DNA of 32,000 nt from assembly GCA_049296095.1 (NCBI GenBank), contig JBAQRV010000001.1, positions 30,001-62,000 on the forward strand, given 5' to 3'. Position numbers and translations under genes: made by a program. This DNA comes from Candidatus Saccharimonadota bacterium (GTDB lineage Bacteria; Patescibacteriota; Saccharimonadia; Saccharimonadales; Saccharimonadaceae). This document shows, piece by piece, positions 16,664-26,127 of the stretch. How positions within the stretch are numbered: the first letter of the stretch is position 1; each line of letters starts with the position of its first letter. The notes under the pieces are model-generated. The model worked only from the letters and a program-made list of their open reading frames with translations. It was not told the origin of the DNA and searched no databases.

Positions 16664-17808
16664 ACTGGCGCATTCGGTCCGTGGTGCGGAATGGGTTGAT
16701 TTAATAGATTAAACATATGACGTTCTTGGGCCATCATCTGTTGCAGATGGGGGCCGATCTCAGCAAAGGTTTGTCTATATTCCTCGGCACTTTCCTCGGG
16801 TTTGGTGTGAACAGCGTTCGGGCTATTGGCAATAATACAATTAAGCCCAGCGTTTAAAGCGTATCGGCAAAAATTATCGCCCGATGTTTTGTCATCAACC
16901 ATGGAGTCATATCCACCTTCGCCAGTCCCGATATAAGCAAGTGTGGGGTTTAGAAGGCTAGGGCTATATTTGTCAGTCATGTCCGAAATAAGATCTTCTA
17001 AATCAATATTCTCAATAGCTTGGATCTGGTCATAGAGTAACTTGGTGCTTGGGAACTTCTTTCGACCCAAATCTTCAAAGATCTTTGCCATTGTCTCGTT
17101 GAATTTTACAATGTCGATACCGCCATCATCATTTGTGTAGTTTGCTTGGCGGAGCATGGCCTCTCCGATGAATCGAGCAGGATCATAATAAGCAAGCAAT
17201 GGAACCTGACCTAATATTTCGAGATATGTTTGAACCATATCTTTAATTTCTTCGCGCAGATTCTCTGAGCCGTCTGGCGTCGAGATGCCCATAATAAGCG
17301 GTACTTCGATTGAGCTGGTTGCTCGAATCTCGTCATTAACCGCTACAGCGACCTCCCCACCAGCGCTGTAGCCAACGAGATTAATCTCTTGAACATCGTA
17401 TTTCTCTGTCATAGTAATGATTCGACTTGCGATCGCATCTATACTCAAAGGTGCATTCCCGTAATTAACGGACCAGAGCTGGCTGTCCTGAATATGCTCT
17501 TGGAAGCCCTCGCCAAAAACGTGAACTAGATTATTGGCATCATAGGTGCCGAAGCCATTAATAAAGATGGTGGCCTTGTTATTATTATCTGGATCGAGTG
17601 CTTCGCCGCGCTGATCAATATTAATGCGAGCATTCTCAGCTATCTCAATATTTTCATTAATGTTATGAACATTCCAGGTATGGAGTGGCATGATCAGTGA
17701 TGTGCCAACCATTACTTTGCTAATAATTCGATTAGCGACGAATTGCCATCGTTTCGGATGATTCGGTGCAGTATACTGCTCGTAGGAATGAGACAGCCGC
17801 TCGGTCAT
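16660..17808 (-). CDS. alpha/beta-hydrolase-fold protein (lipase/esterase-like), N-terminal TM segment
   Basis: 382 aa. The nucleophile elbow GYSAGG (GxSxG) sits in INLVGYSAGGEVAV. Hydrophobic N-terminal segment VMVGTSLIMPL. Confidence 0.45.
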   Translation of the reverse strand: MTERLSHSYEQYTAPNHPKRWQFVANRIISKVMVGTSLIMPLHTWNVHNINENIEIAENARINIDQRGEALDPDNNNKATIFINGFGTYDANNLVHVFGEGFQEHIQDSQLWSVNYGNAPLSIDAIASRIITMTEKYDVQEINLVGYSAGGEVAVAVNDEIRATSSIEVPLIMGISTPDGSENLREEIKDMVQTYLEILGQVPLLAYYDPARFIGEAMLRQANYTNDDGGIDIVKFNETMAKIFEDLGRKKFPSTKLLYDQIQAIENIDLEDLISDMTDKYSPSLLNPTLAYIGTGEGGYDSMVDDKTSGDNFCRYALNAGLNCIIANSPNAVHTKPEESAEEYRQTFAEIGPHLQQMMAQERHMFNLLNQPIPHHGPNAPV

Positions 17809-17834
17809 ACATTCTAGTATAACCTCTTGCTGTA

Positions 17835-19472
17835 CTATTTAGCGCCAATAGTTAAGACATTACCGCTGAGCTTATCTCTAAAGTAGCCATCGTGACTAAC
17901 ATAGATGACGGCGCCTGAATATTTGCCGATTGCCGTTTCTAACTCTTCGATACTTGGGAGGTCCAAGTGGTTGGTTGGCTCGTCGAGGATGAGCAGCTGC
18001 GGGTCGTTGGCGAGCATGGTAATCAATTGGAAGCGAGCTTTCTGCCCACCAGATAGCCGTTTGATCGGTACCTTGCCATCGCCCTCAGAGAAGAGGTAAT
18101 CACTCATAAGCGAGCGGATCTTTGTCGTACTAATCGGCAGCCCTCGGGAGAGATACATTTTTTCGATCGCTTCCTCGAGGGGAAGATCAAAGTAGGTAGG
18201 GGACACTTCTTGCTCGTAGACACCGAAGCGGACTTGCTTATCCAAAGTTAATTCACCACCGAATTGCGTGACACTATCATCACCGAGGATCTTTTTAATG
18301 AGGGTTGTTTTACCTGCACCGTTTCGTCCGCGGAATTCGATCGATTCGCCTTCACGCAGGTCGATGTTTACGCCCTCAAATAATGGTTTGTCATAGCCGA
18401 GTGAAAGATCACGGGCCGACAATAGAACATGCTTGCTGCGTGATTCATCAGTGCTGAGATTGATGCGAACATTCTTGGCCTTGAACTTGTCATATTGCGC
18501 CGCTGTTTTGTAGTTTAGGTTTGAAGCTGATTCTTTATCAATCCAGAAGGTCGGCCGCGAGCGTGTTTCGAGCTCCTTGAGTTCTTTACGAGATTCTTCT
18601 TCGAGGCGTTTGAATCGTTGGATGGTGCCACCGTGTCGAGACTTCTCTTTAAACCGCTGGTATTCAATCACCTTGGCTTTGAGATTCACGATTCGTTTTT
18701 CGATCATCTCGAACTCATTCATTTGTGAGCCGGTGCTAACGGCATTTTGCTTTAGGTACGCATCGTAGTTACCTTTAAAACTAGCCGAGCCCCCGTCTTT
18801 GATTTCAATGATGCGATCGACTTCGCGCAGCACGTCACGGTCGTGAGTAATGACAAGGACGGCTTCGCGGGCCTGTTTGAGCCAGTCGATAAACTGTTGC
18901 TTGGCAATGTAGTCCATGTGGTTGGTTGGCTCGTCGATGAGAGCTAGGTGGGCATCGGAGTGCATAATCTTGACGACCTCAACCAGTCGTTTTTGACCAC
19001 CAGACAGGGTTGAGAATTCGCGGTGAGCGATGCCGTTTAATTGGAAGTTATCCAGCTCGCGCTCAATCTGTTCCTCGATTTGGTAGAAACCTTTGTCATC
19101 GAAACGTCCGAGAGCTTCGCTGTAGGTGTGGATCTTTTTCATATCATCGCCCATCGTCAGGGGATAGGTTTCGATGATATGGCTGAGTTCGGCGTACTCG
19201 GGCAATCCTTGGAGGATATATTGTAGGACGGTTTTGTCGCCGACATCGTGGTATTCTTGTTGGGTTGCAACGATAACACCACCTGGTTTGTAGATGATGT
19301 CGCCGGTGAAGTCTTTGTCTTTTCCAGTCAGGATATCAAAGAGGGTAGATTTGCCAACACCATTACGACCGATGAGGCCAATCTTCTCGCCATCATTAAT
19401 AGTCAGCCTCACATTAGACATGAGGGATTTTGGTCCAAAGGACTTTTCGGTGATGGTGATATCGGCGATCAT
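17835..19472 (-). CDS. ABC-F family ATPase (two ABC cassettes, no TM domain)
   Basis: 545 aa. Walker A GRNGVGKST and GRNGAGKTT, signatures LSGGQKRL and LSGGQKAR, and a charged inter-domain linker. Confidence 0.9.
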   Translation of the reverse strand: MIADITITEKSFGPKSLMSNVRLTINDGEKIGLIGRNGVGKSTLFDILTGKDKDFTGDIIYKPGGVIVATQQEYHDVGDKTVLQYILQGLPEYAELSHIIETYPLTMGDDMKKIHTYSEALGRFDDKGFYQIEEQIERELDNFQLNGIAHREFSTLSGGQKRLVEVVKIMHSDAHLALIDEPTNHMDYIAKQQFIDWLKQAREAVLVITHDRDVLREVDRIIEIKDGGSASFKGNYDAYLKQNAVSTGSQMNEFEMIEKRIVNLKAKVIEYQRFKEKSRHGGTIQRFKRLEEESRKELKELETRSRPTFWIDKESASNLNYKTAAQYDKFKAKNVRINLSTDESRSKHVLLSARDLSLGYDKPLFEGVNIDLREGESIEFRGRNGAGKTTLIKKILGDDSVTQFGGELTLDKQVRFGVYEQEVSPTYFDLPLEEAIEKMYLSRGLPISTTKIRSLMSDYLFSEGDGKVPIKRLSGGQKARFQLITMLANDPQLLILDEPTNHLDLPSIEELETAIGKYSGAVIYVSHDGYFRDKLSGNVLTIGAK

Positions 19473-19555
19473 AGCTGCTCTATTTTAACACCTTACGACC
19501 TCTAAGTGTGAGATTCGCGAACTGAGGTGGCGATTTCTGCTATAATATGCGGGAT

Positions 19556-19629
19556 GGCGCCTTGGCCGAGAAGTTAGGCAACACTCTGCAAAAGTGTGAA
19601 GACGGGAGCGTTACCCGTAGGTGCCTCCA
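19556..19629 (+). tRNA. tRNA-Cys (GCA) with atypical D and T loops
   Basis: 74 nt. Acceptor GGCGCCT/AGGTGCC, discriminator U73 plus encoded CCA, anticodon arm ACACT-CTGCAAA-AGTGT. The D-loop AGAAGTT lacks GG and the T-loop AGCGTTA lacks TTC. TATAAT at 19541-19546 lies upstream. Confidence 0.6.
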
Positions 19630-19651
19630 TAATAATACTTGACAAAAGTAC

Positions 19652-19738
19652 GCGCGGGTGGTGTAATCGGTAGCCACGAGAGACTTAAAATCTCTTGATC
19701 GAAAGATCGTGCGGGTTCAAGTCCCGCCCCGCGCACCA
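19652..19738 (+). tRNA. tRNA-Leu (UAA)
   Basis: 87 nt. Acceptor GCGCGGG/CCCGCGC, anticodon loop CTTAAAA, long variable arm TGATCGAAAGATCGT, T-arm GCGGG-TTCAAGT-CCCGC, A73 plus encoded CCA. Confidence 0.93.
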
Positions 19739-19743
19739 AAGAT

Positions 19744-19766
19744 AAAAGCCCTCAAGGGGCTTTTTG
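19744..19766 (+). terminator. rho-independent terminator after the tRNA pair
   Basis: AAAAGCCC-tcaag-GGGCTTTT followed by T-rich sequence. Confidence 0.75.
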
Positions 19767-19909
19767 TATGCCGACTATAAAACAGTCGTTATCTGGTGTC
19801 GAGCCTTCGCTGTCACTTTCGCAACCTCAGAGCTGAAATAGGAAACGGAATTCTCATTCTACCCCCGATTTGCTATACTAGAAGTATTAGTTAGAAAAGG
19901 AGTTATAAG

Positions 19910-20473
19910 ATGGCACTTGTGTGGATTATTGTAGGAATTGTCGTACTGCTCGTTATCATTGTGGTTGCTTTGTACAACAGCCTTGTGACGCTCAGAGTAC
20001 GCGTAGATGAAGCGTGGAGCGATATCACCGTTCAATTAAAGCGTCGTGTTGATTTGATTCCAAACCTTGTTGAAACCGTTAAAGGCTACGCCAAGCACGA
20101 AAAGGGTGTCTTTGAGGCTGTGACTGAAGCTCGAGCGAGCGTCATGAATGCGAAGGGTGTCAAAGAGACTGGACGAGCCGAGAATATGCTCGAAGGTGCC
20201 TTGAAAAGCCTCTTCGCGGTCGCCGAAGCATACCCAGATCTTAAGGCGAGTCAAAACTTTGTTGAGCTTCAGCAAGAGCTCGTAGATACCGAAGACAAGA
20301 TCCAGGCATCGCGTCGCTTCTATAACACTGGTGTGCGTGACCTTAACACCAAGATTCAGACCGTTCCGACCAACATTATTGCTGGAATCTTTGGCTTTAA
20401 GAATCGTGAATTCTTTGAACTCGACGAAGCAGAACAAGCTGCTGCCGAAAAACCAACTGAAGTTAAATTCTAA
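19910..20473 (+). CDS. lemA: LemA family membrane protein
   Basis: 187 aa. N-terminal TM segment, then YNSLV...[34 protein letters not shown] and [11 protein letters not shown], typical of LemA. SD AAAAGGAG. Confidence 0.9.
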   Translation: MALVWIIVGIVVLLVIIVVALYNSLVTLRVRVDEAWSDITVQLKRRVDLIPNLVETVKGYAKHEKGVFEAVTEARASVMNAKGVKETGRAENMLEGALKSLFAVAEAYPDLKASQNFVELQQELVDTEDKIQASRRFYNTGVRDLNTKIQTVPTNIIAGIFGFKNREFFELDEAEQAAAEKPTEVKF

Positions 20474-20493
20474 GATCCTTCTAGCCGACGGCT

Positions 20494-21771
20494 ATGGTGG
20501 ATATTCTCTCCTCGCTCCTCTCATTGATTGATCTGTTTGCTATTGCTGGCGGAGGTGGGTCCAGCAGCGGAGGTGGCGGAGGAGGTGGTTCTAGCGGTGG
20601 TGGAGGCAGCTCATTCTCTGGCGGTGGCTCGTCGGGGAGTGGTGATGGCTCATTTAGTATCCCAATTCTTCTGATAACTGTCCTTATATTTACGGTCATA
20701 TCGGTTATCATTGCACTTGGGGCTCGACAGGCTGCCAAAGCGATCCAAGCGCGCCGAGCCAGGATCCGCGCTGAACTTCTTGCTCTAGCTGCCAAAGATA
20801 AGGTTTGGGAGCCGGATGAAATGGTGACGCGGGCCCGTGAGACGTTCATGCAATACCAAAAAGATTGGTCGTCTTTTAATCTCGATTCGATGAAGACCTA
20901 TATGACGCCCGAATATTATCAGCACAATCTCCTCATGATGGGTGCCTTAAAGCTAGCTGCGCGCCAGAATGATGTCCAGAATCCAGTAGTGACGTTAGCG
21001 CATATTCACGAGTACAGCGATGATACGGATAATTCAAAAGATACCTACACGGTCCAGATGGCGGTACAGGTATTTGATGTTCTCAACGATACGCAGGATC
21101 AAAAGAAACTATTTAGCCAGTACTTAACCGCTTCTGAATTCTACAAATTTAAACGCGTTGGTTCAAAATGGCTGTTTGCAGGAATTGATCAGGCAACCGC
21201 AAATCCAGCCCTGCATAATCAGCAGTTACAAGACTTCGCGACAAAAAATAAATACTTCTATTCACTCGACTGGGGCTATTTACTATTGCCGCGTCGTGGT
21301 CAATTATTTAGCTCTGGTCGATTCGGTGTCTCAGACATTAATAATCATGTCATTGGTCTATCCAAGCAAACTATCGTGCAATTTTACACTTACGTACCAA
21401 CCCCGCAGCAACCAGCCGATAGCTATCTTATCGCGCAAGTAGCGGTTCCTAAAAAATATGGCAACATCGTCGTCAGACGGAAAAAAGGCTTCTGGGGTCG
21501 GGTCAAAGGACTGCGAAAGATTCAGACTGAATGGGGTGATTTCAATAGCATGTATGAGGTCTTCGCGAGCGATAGTGAGCTCGCGACAAGTTTTGAATTG
21601 CTACATCCGCGTTACATGGAGCAACTGCAGGCGCTTGATTTCGAGGTCAATATCGAAGTCGTTGATAACCTTATATATTTCTATACGGCCGAAAAAGGCA
21701 TTGTGAAGCCAGAGCACTACGAAGTTATGCAGAGCTTGCTCGATCGTGCTTTTAAAGAGATGAGGATGTAG
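20494..21771 (+). CDS. membrane protein with Gly/Ser-rich linker, Tim44-like domain and DUF3137-like C-terminus
   Basis: 425 aa. It has a GGGGSSSGGGGGGGSSGGGGS tract, one TM segment, a Tim44-like segment (WEPDEMVTRARETFMQYQKDWSSFNLDSMKTYMTPEYY) and C-terminal YEVFASDSELATSFELLHPRYMEQL. It is the usual kind of LemA neighbour. Confidence 0.5.
   Translation: MVDILSSLLSLIDLFAIAGGGGSSSGGGGGGGSSGGGGSSFSGGGSSGSGDGSFSIPILLITVLIFTVISVIIALGARQAAKAIQARRARIRAELLALAAKDKVWEPDEMVTRARETFMQYQKDWSSFNLDSMKTYMTPEYYQHNLLMMGALKLAARQNDVQNPVVTLAHIHEYSDDTDNSKDTYTVQMAVQVFDVLNDTQDQKKLFSQYLTASEFYKFKRVGSKWLFAGIDQATANPALHNQQLQDFATKNKYFYSLDWGYLLLPRRGQLFSSGRFGVSDINNHVIGLSKQTIVQFYTYVPTPQQPADSYLIAQVAVPKKYGNIVVRRKKGFWGRVKGLRKIQTEWGDFNSMYEVFASDSELATSFELLHPRYMEQLQALDFEVNIEVVDNLIYFYTAEKGIVKPEHYEVMQSLLDRAFKEMRM
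20548..20652 (+). repeat. low-complexity GGN/AGC coding tract (Gly/Ser-rich)
   Basis: Runs of ggc/gga/ggt/agc codons. They generate the spurious Pro-rich antisense ORF 20481-20849. Confidence 0.7.
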
Positions 21772-21809
21772 TTTTTTCCTCAAGAAAACGCTATAATTAA
21801 GACAGTATT

Positions 21810-22685
21810 ATGTATAAATCTATCGCCGCTAATAAACGAAATACCTTCTTGATCATGATTGTCTTTGTGATCCTGATTAGTGCTATCGGCTATTTGATCA
21901 GTGTCTATTTCGGTAACACCACCATCACCTACTGGGTGATTGGAGGGGCGGCTCTGTATGCTATTTTGCAGTACTTCATCGCCAGTAAGTTAGCCCTGGC
22001 TGTCTCTGGAGCGCATGAGATTGAGAAAAAAGATAACCCACGGTTGTATCGTATCGTCGAGAACCTGGCGATCACTCTTGGCTTGCCAACGCCAAAGGTC
22101 TATTTGATTGATGATAAGGCGCCAAATGCCTTTGCAACTGGCCGTGATCCTCGGCATGCAGTTGTGGCCGCAACGACCGGTTTATTGGAAGTGATGGATG
22201 ATCGTGAGCTTGAAGCAGTGATGGCGCACGAAATGGGCCATGTTCAGAACTACGATATTCGCCTTAGTATGATTGCCTTTGGTCTCGTCAGTGTCATCGG
22301 TATTTTAGCGGATGTTGCGATGCGTATGATTTTCTTTGGTAACAACCGTGATAATAATACAAACCCGATTGTTATTATTGTCGGCTTGGTGGTAGTCATC
22401 CTGGCTCCTATTATCGCGACGATTGTGCAACTCGCTATCAGTCGCCAACGCGAATATTTGGCCGACGCCTCTGGGGCGATGACGACCCGTGATCCGGAAG
22501 GTTTGGCGAGCGCTCTCGAAAAGCTCGAAGCCTACGGCCAACCGATGAAACGCCAGCATACTTCAACCGCCCACCTTTTCTTTAATAATCCTTTAAAGCC
22601 AGGCGCCTTTGCGAAGCTCTTTAGTACCCATCCTCCACTTCAAGACCGTATTAACAGGCTCCGCGATAATGCCAAAAAATTCTAA
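21810..22685 (+). CDS. htpX: HtpX-family M48 zinc metalloprotease
   Basis: 291 aa. HEMGH zinc motif, N-terminal TM pairs, and a C-terminal STHPPLQDRI motif. Confidence 0.92.
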   Translation: MYKSIAANKRNTFLIMIVFVILISAIGYLISVYFGNTTITYWVIGGAALYAILQYFIASKLALAVSGAHEIEKKDNPRLYRIVENLAITLGLPTPKVYLIDDKAPNAFATGRDPRHAVVAATTGLLEVMDDRELEAVMAHEMGHVQNYDIRLSMIAFGLVSVIGILADVAMRMIFFGNNRDNNTNPIVIIVGLVVVILAPIIATIVQLAISRQREYLADASGAMTTRDPEGLASALEKLEAYGQPMKRQHTSTAHLFFNNPLKPGAFAKLFSTHPPLQDRINRLRDNAKKF

Positions 22686-23712
22686 GACGATCGTCCAATC
22701 AGCGAAACAGTCGTTTTCTCGAGCGCGGGGTCGTGTTCATGCTTACAAGGATCGTCGTCCACACCGCAGCTTTCGACTAACGCGGCGGCGCGACTATATG
22801 CGTAGCCTAAAGCTGCCTGGATACTTCGCTTTTACTGGGTACGTGAATCGTACATTGTGGAAACACCGCAAGATCTTTGCGATACTTGGCGTGATGTATG
22901 CCGTGCTCTCGATAGTGCTGGTTGGTATTGGCTCGCAGGAAACCTATACGACACTTACTACGACATTGAGTGAAACAAGCGCTGAGGTCTTTGAAGGAAA
23001 TGTTGATCAGCTCGGCCAAGCTGGGCTGCTGTTTTTGACTATCGGTATCAGTGGCTTGTCTGGGACTCTGACCGAAGGACAGCAGATCTATGCAGCCTTG
23101 CTCGGGTTGCTCGTATGGTTAACGACTGTCTGGTTGCTTCGTAATCTCTTGGCGGGCCATAAAGTCAGGACGCGTGACGGTTTGTATAACGCTGGCGGTC
23201 CATTGGTCTCGACGTTCCTAGTAGCGTTGTTGCTAGTTGTTCAGTTGTTGCCGATTGGACTGGCAATTATTGGCTACTCGGCTGCTACTGCTTCAGGGCT
23301 TCTCGATGGAGGAGTCGAAGCGATGCTGTTCTGGATTGCAGCGGTCTTGCTGGTTGCGCTGTCACTCTATTGGATGACCAGTACATTCTTTGCCATGATC
23401 ATGGTGACACTGCCAGGTATGTACCCAATGCGGGCAGTCCGCACGGCTGGGGATATGATACTGGGTCGGCGACTAAGGGTCTTGGCGCGATTGTTATGGA
23501 TGCTTCTGAGTATGTTCGTCACTTGGGCAGCTGTCCTTATCCCAGTTATTTTGTTAGATACATGGCTGAAGAGTGTATGGCCACAAATTCAGTGGCTGCC
23601 CGTTATTCCAGTGGTCATTTTGTTGCTGAGCACATTTACCATTATATGGTCGAGTAGCTATGTCTATTTATTGTATCGAAGGGTTGTCGACGACGATGCC
23701 CAGCCAGCCTAA
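22669..23712 (+). CDS. polytopic membrane protein, unknown function
   Basis: 347 aa from ATG 22669 (MPKNSKTIVQSAK...). The track start 22609 lies deep inside htpX. Basic N-terminus followed by about 6 TM segments. Confidence 0.55.
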   Translation: MPKNSKTIVQSAKQSFSRARGRVHAYKDRRPHRSFRLTRRRDYMRSLKLPGYFAFTGYVNRTLWKHRKIFAILGVMYAVLSIVLVGIGSQETYTTLTTTLSETSAEVFEGNVDQLGQAGLLFLTIGISGLSGTLTEGQQIYAALLGLLVWLTTVWLLRNLLAGHKVRTRDGLYNAGGPLVSTFLVALLLVVQLLPIGLAIIGYSAATASGLLDGGVEAMLFWIAAVLLVALSLYWMTSTFFAMIMVTLPGMYPMRAVRTAGDMILGRRLRVLARLLWMLLSMFVTWAAVLIPVILLDTWLKSVWPQIQWLPVIPVVILLLSTFTIIWSSSYVYLLYRRVVDDDAQPA

Positions 23713-25711
23713 TACCCGTATTCAGGAACTGCGTGACCTCCTGTCGATCTACAGCTATCAGTATCATGTCCTTGATAAGCCTGCGGTGAGTGATGCGGTC
23801 TATGATAGTTTGTTTGGCGAGCTAAAGCAGCTCGAAGCTGCACACCCGGAATTAGTGACCTCGGACAGCCCGACGCAGCGTGTTGGTAACGAGCTACTTG
23901 GTGGGTTTAAGAAAGTTGCCCACAAGTCACGGATGCTGAGTTTGAATGATGTTTTTGACCGCTCAGAAGTGGAAGCCTGGGTGGTGCGCATGGATAAGCT
24001 CTTGCCAGGCTCGAAGCACGAATTCTTTGCCGATATTAAAATGGATGGTTTGGCGTGTGCCTTGATCTATCAAGATGGGATGCTCGTTCAAGCGATTACT
24101 CGCGGCGATAGTTTTGTTGGTGAGGATGTCACGATGAACGTGCGAACTATCAAGAACGTCCCACTGCGACTACGCGAAGCTGACGGTTTTGAGAAGTTTC
24201 TGAAAGGTCGAACCGAGGTTCGTGGTGAGATTGTGATGTACAAAAAGGATTTTGAGGCGTTAAATCGACGCCAAGAAGCGGAAGGTAAGCCGGCCTTCGC
24301 TAACCCGCGCAACCTAGCGGCGGGGACGATTCGTCAACTTGATCCAAAATTGGTAGCAGAACGGCCTTTGGCATTTCGAGCTTATGACTTGATAAGAGAC
24401 GATCCCGAGGATATTCCTACTAATATGTATGCCTACGAAGCACTGTCAGAGCTTGGAATTAGTCGTAATAAACAGGCCAGTGTCTTTACGAGTCTCGATG
24501 ACGTGATGCATTTTGTTGATGAGTGGGACGAGAAACGACATGACCTACCGTTTAATACCGACGGCTTGGTGATTAAGGTGAATAATCGCGCACAGTACGC
24601 TGAACTTGGCGTGGTTGGCAAGCAGCCGCGGGCTGCCGTTGCTTATAAATATGCAGCTGAACAAGCGACGACGATCGTTAAAGATATCGTCATTAGTATT
24701 GGACGTACTGGCGCAGCGACACCCGTCGCGGTATTTGATCCTGTGGTGGTGGCAGGGACGACCGTGCAGCATGCTAGTCTGCATAATGCCGATGAGATTG
24801 CCCGACTCGATGTCCGCATCGGTGATACGGTGGTGATTTTTAAGGCTGGTGACATTATTCCGCAAGTCGAGAGTGTCGTTACGGAGCTTCGTCCTAAAAC
24901 AGCTAAGCCGTTTGATTTTATTCACGCCTTGAAAGCTCAGTATCCTGAACTTGAGTTTGTCCGTCCCGAAGGGGAGGTGGTCTACCGAGTAAAGGGAGCG
25001 ACCGGACCTCTTCTGCTCACCAAAGCGGTTGAGCACTTTGCATCTAAGGGCGCACTTGATATTGATACACTTGGTGAAAAGAATGTGGTGGCTCTGGTTG
25101 AATCAGGTTTGGTGAAGGACCTCGCTGACATATATACGCTCACCAAAGAACAGGTTTTGTCTCTCGATCGGTTCGCCGAGATATCTGCCAGCAAGCTCGT
25201 CGCTGCTATTAAGGACAAGAAGACACCGCCACTTGAGCGTTTTGTGTATGGTTTGGGCATTCGACATGTTGGTACTCAGACGGCTATTGATCTGGTGAAT
25301 GCTTTTGGATCTTTGAAGGGCTTGCAGTTAGCGACGATTGATGAGTTAAAATCCATCGAGGGTGTCGGAACAGTTGTTGCCGAGAGTGTTATTGCCTGGT
25401 TTGCCGATCCTGACAACGAAGCGTTACTTGAAAAGTTTGATGAACTAGGCGTCAAGCCTCACTTCAAAAAGAAGACAGGTAAGTTGCTTGGGATGAACTT
25501 TGTTATCACTGGGACGCTCCAGGATATGTCACGTGACGAGGCGGCTGATAAGATCCGCGCACTCGGCGGGACATTTCAAACCGCGGTGGCGAAAGATACG
25601 ACCTATCTTGTAGCGGGCGGAAAAGTTGGGGGCAGCAAATTGCAGAAGGCGACCGAGTATGGGACGAAGATTATTGATGAAGCAGAGTTGAAGGAGCTCA
25701 TTAAGGAATAA
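23696..25711 (+). CDS. ligA: NAD-dependent DNA ligase LigA (zinc-finger cysteines absent)
   Basis: 671 aa from ATG 23696 (MPSQPNTRIQELRDLL...YHVLDKPAVSDAVYD). KxDG motif IKMDG, OB fold, HhH GLGIRHVG and a C-terminal BRCT (NFVITGTL...YLVAG). Confidence 0.93.
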   Translation: MPSQPNTRIQELRDLLSIYSYQYHVLDKPAVSDAVYDSLFGELKQLEAAHPELVTSDSPTQRVGNELLGGFKKVAHKSRMLSLNDVFDRSEVEAWVVRMDKLLPGSKHEFFADIKMDGLACALIYQDGMLVQAITRGDSFVGEDVTMNVRTIKNVPLRLREADGFEKFLKGRTEVRGEIVMYKKDFEALNRRQEAEGKPAFANPRNLAAGTIRQLDPKLVAERPLAFRAYDLIRDDPEDIPTNMYAYEALSELGISRNKQASVFTSLDDVMHFVDEWDEKRHDLPFNTDGLVIKVNNRAQYAELGVVGKQPRAAVAYKYAAEQATTIVKDIVISIGRTGAATPVAVFDPVVVAGTTVQHASLHNADEIARLDVRIGDTVVIFKAGDIIPQVESVVTELRPKTAKPFDFIHALKAQYPELEFVRPEGEVVYRVKGATGPLLLTKAVEHFASKGALDIDTLGEKNVVALVESGLVKDLADIYTLTKEQVLSLDRFAEISASKLVAAIKDKKTPPLERFVYGLGIRHVGTQTAIDLVNAFGSLKGLQLATIDELKSIEGVGTVVAESVIAWFADPDNEALLEKFDELGVKPHFKKKTGKLLGMNFVITGTLQDMSRDEAADKIRALGGTFQTAVAKDTTYLVAGGKVGGSKLQKATEYGTKIIDEAELKELIKE

Positions 25712-25716
25712 TAGAT

Positions 25717-26085
25717 ATGGCCTTTCATCACCACGTCCGTCGTCACACGAAGCGAATCCTCACCGGCATTATAGGGGCGTTGGTGGTGCTGGTTGGTATC
25801 GTTATGATTCCTTACCCGGGTCCTGGGTGGTTGGTTGTTTTTGCTGGGTTTGCAATCCTCGCTACCGAATTTGAATTTGCTTCTAAAACACTCGAGTGGT
25901 TGAAAGATAAATATGAGACCTGGGTGAACTGGTTGAAACGTCAGCACGTTTCTGTACAAGTAACCGTTTTGGCATTCACGGGATTGGTGGTGTTGGTCAC
26001 AGTCTGGTTATTGAACGGTCCTGGCTCACTTAATAATATCCTGCATCTCAACCAGGAATGGCTCATATCTCCATTATTTAGATAA
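25717..26085 (+). CDS. PGPGW-motif small transmembrane protein
   Basis: 122 aa. Signature IPYPGPGWLVVFAGFAILATEFEFA. Confidence 0.7.
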   Translation: MAFHHHVRRHTKRILTGIIGALVVLVGIVMIPYPGPGWLVVFAGFAILATEFEFASKTLEWLKDKYETWVNWLKRQHVSVQVTVLAFTGLVVLVTVWLLNGPGSLNNILHLNQEWLISPLFR

Positions 26086-26116
26086 AAAAATAACCCCCGT
26101 GAGGAGGCTATTTTTT
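26084..26116. terminator. bidirectional terminator candidate between convergent genes
   Basis: An A7 run, an imperfect GC hairpin (CCCC/GGAGG around GTGA) and a T6 run. Confidence 0.45.
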
Positions 26117-26127
26117 AAAAGGTGTTG

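Noticed and set aside
19639-19644. Perfect TTGACA hexamer in the spacer between tRNA-Cys and tRNA-Leu.
   Set aside because: It lies only 7 nt before the tRNA-Leu 5' end with no -10 element at proper spacing. The two tRNAs are more simply co-transcribed from the TATAAT at 19541-19546.
20481-20849. 122-aa minus-strand ORF with a poly-Pro tract.
   Set aside because: It is the mirror image of the Gly/Ser-rich GGN codon tract of the plus-strand gene 20494-21771, so it is an antisense shadow ORF.
22609-22668. Upstream-extended starts proposed by the track: 22609 for the membrane protein, 23660 for ligA and TTG 27192 for murF.
   Set aside because: Each extension lies inside the preceding gene or terminator and adds sequence unrelated to the family N-terminus. 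Internal ATGs at 22669, 23696 and 27255 fit better.
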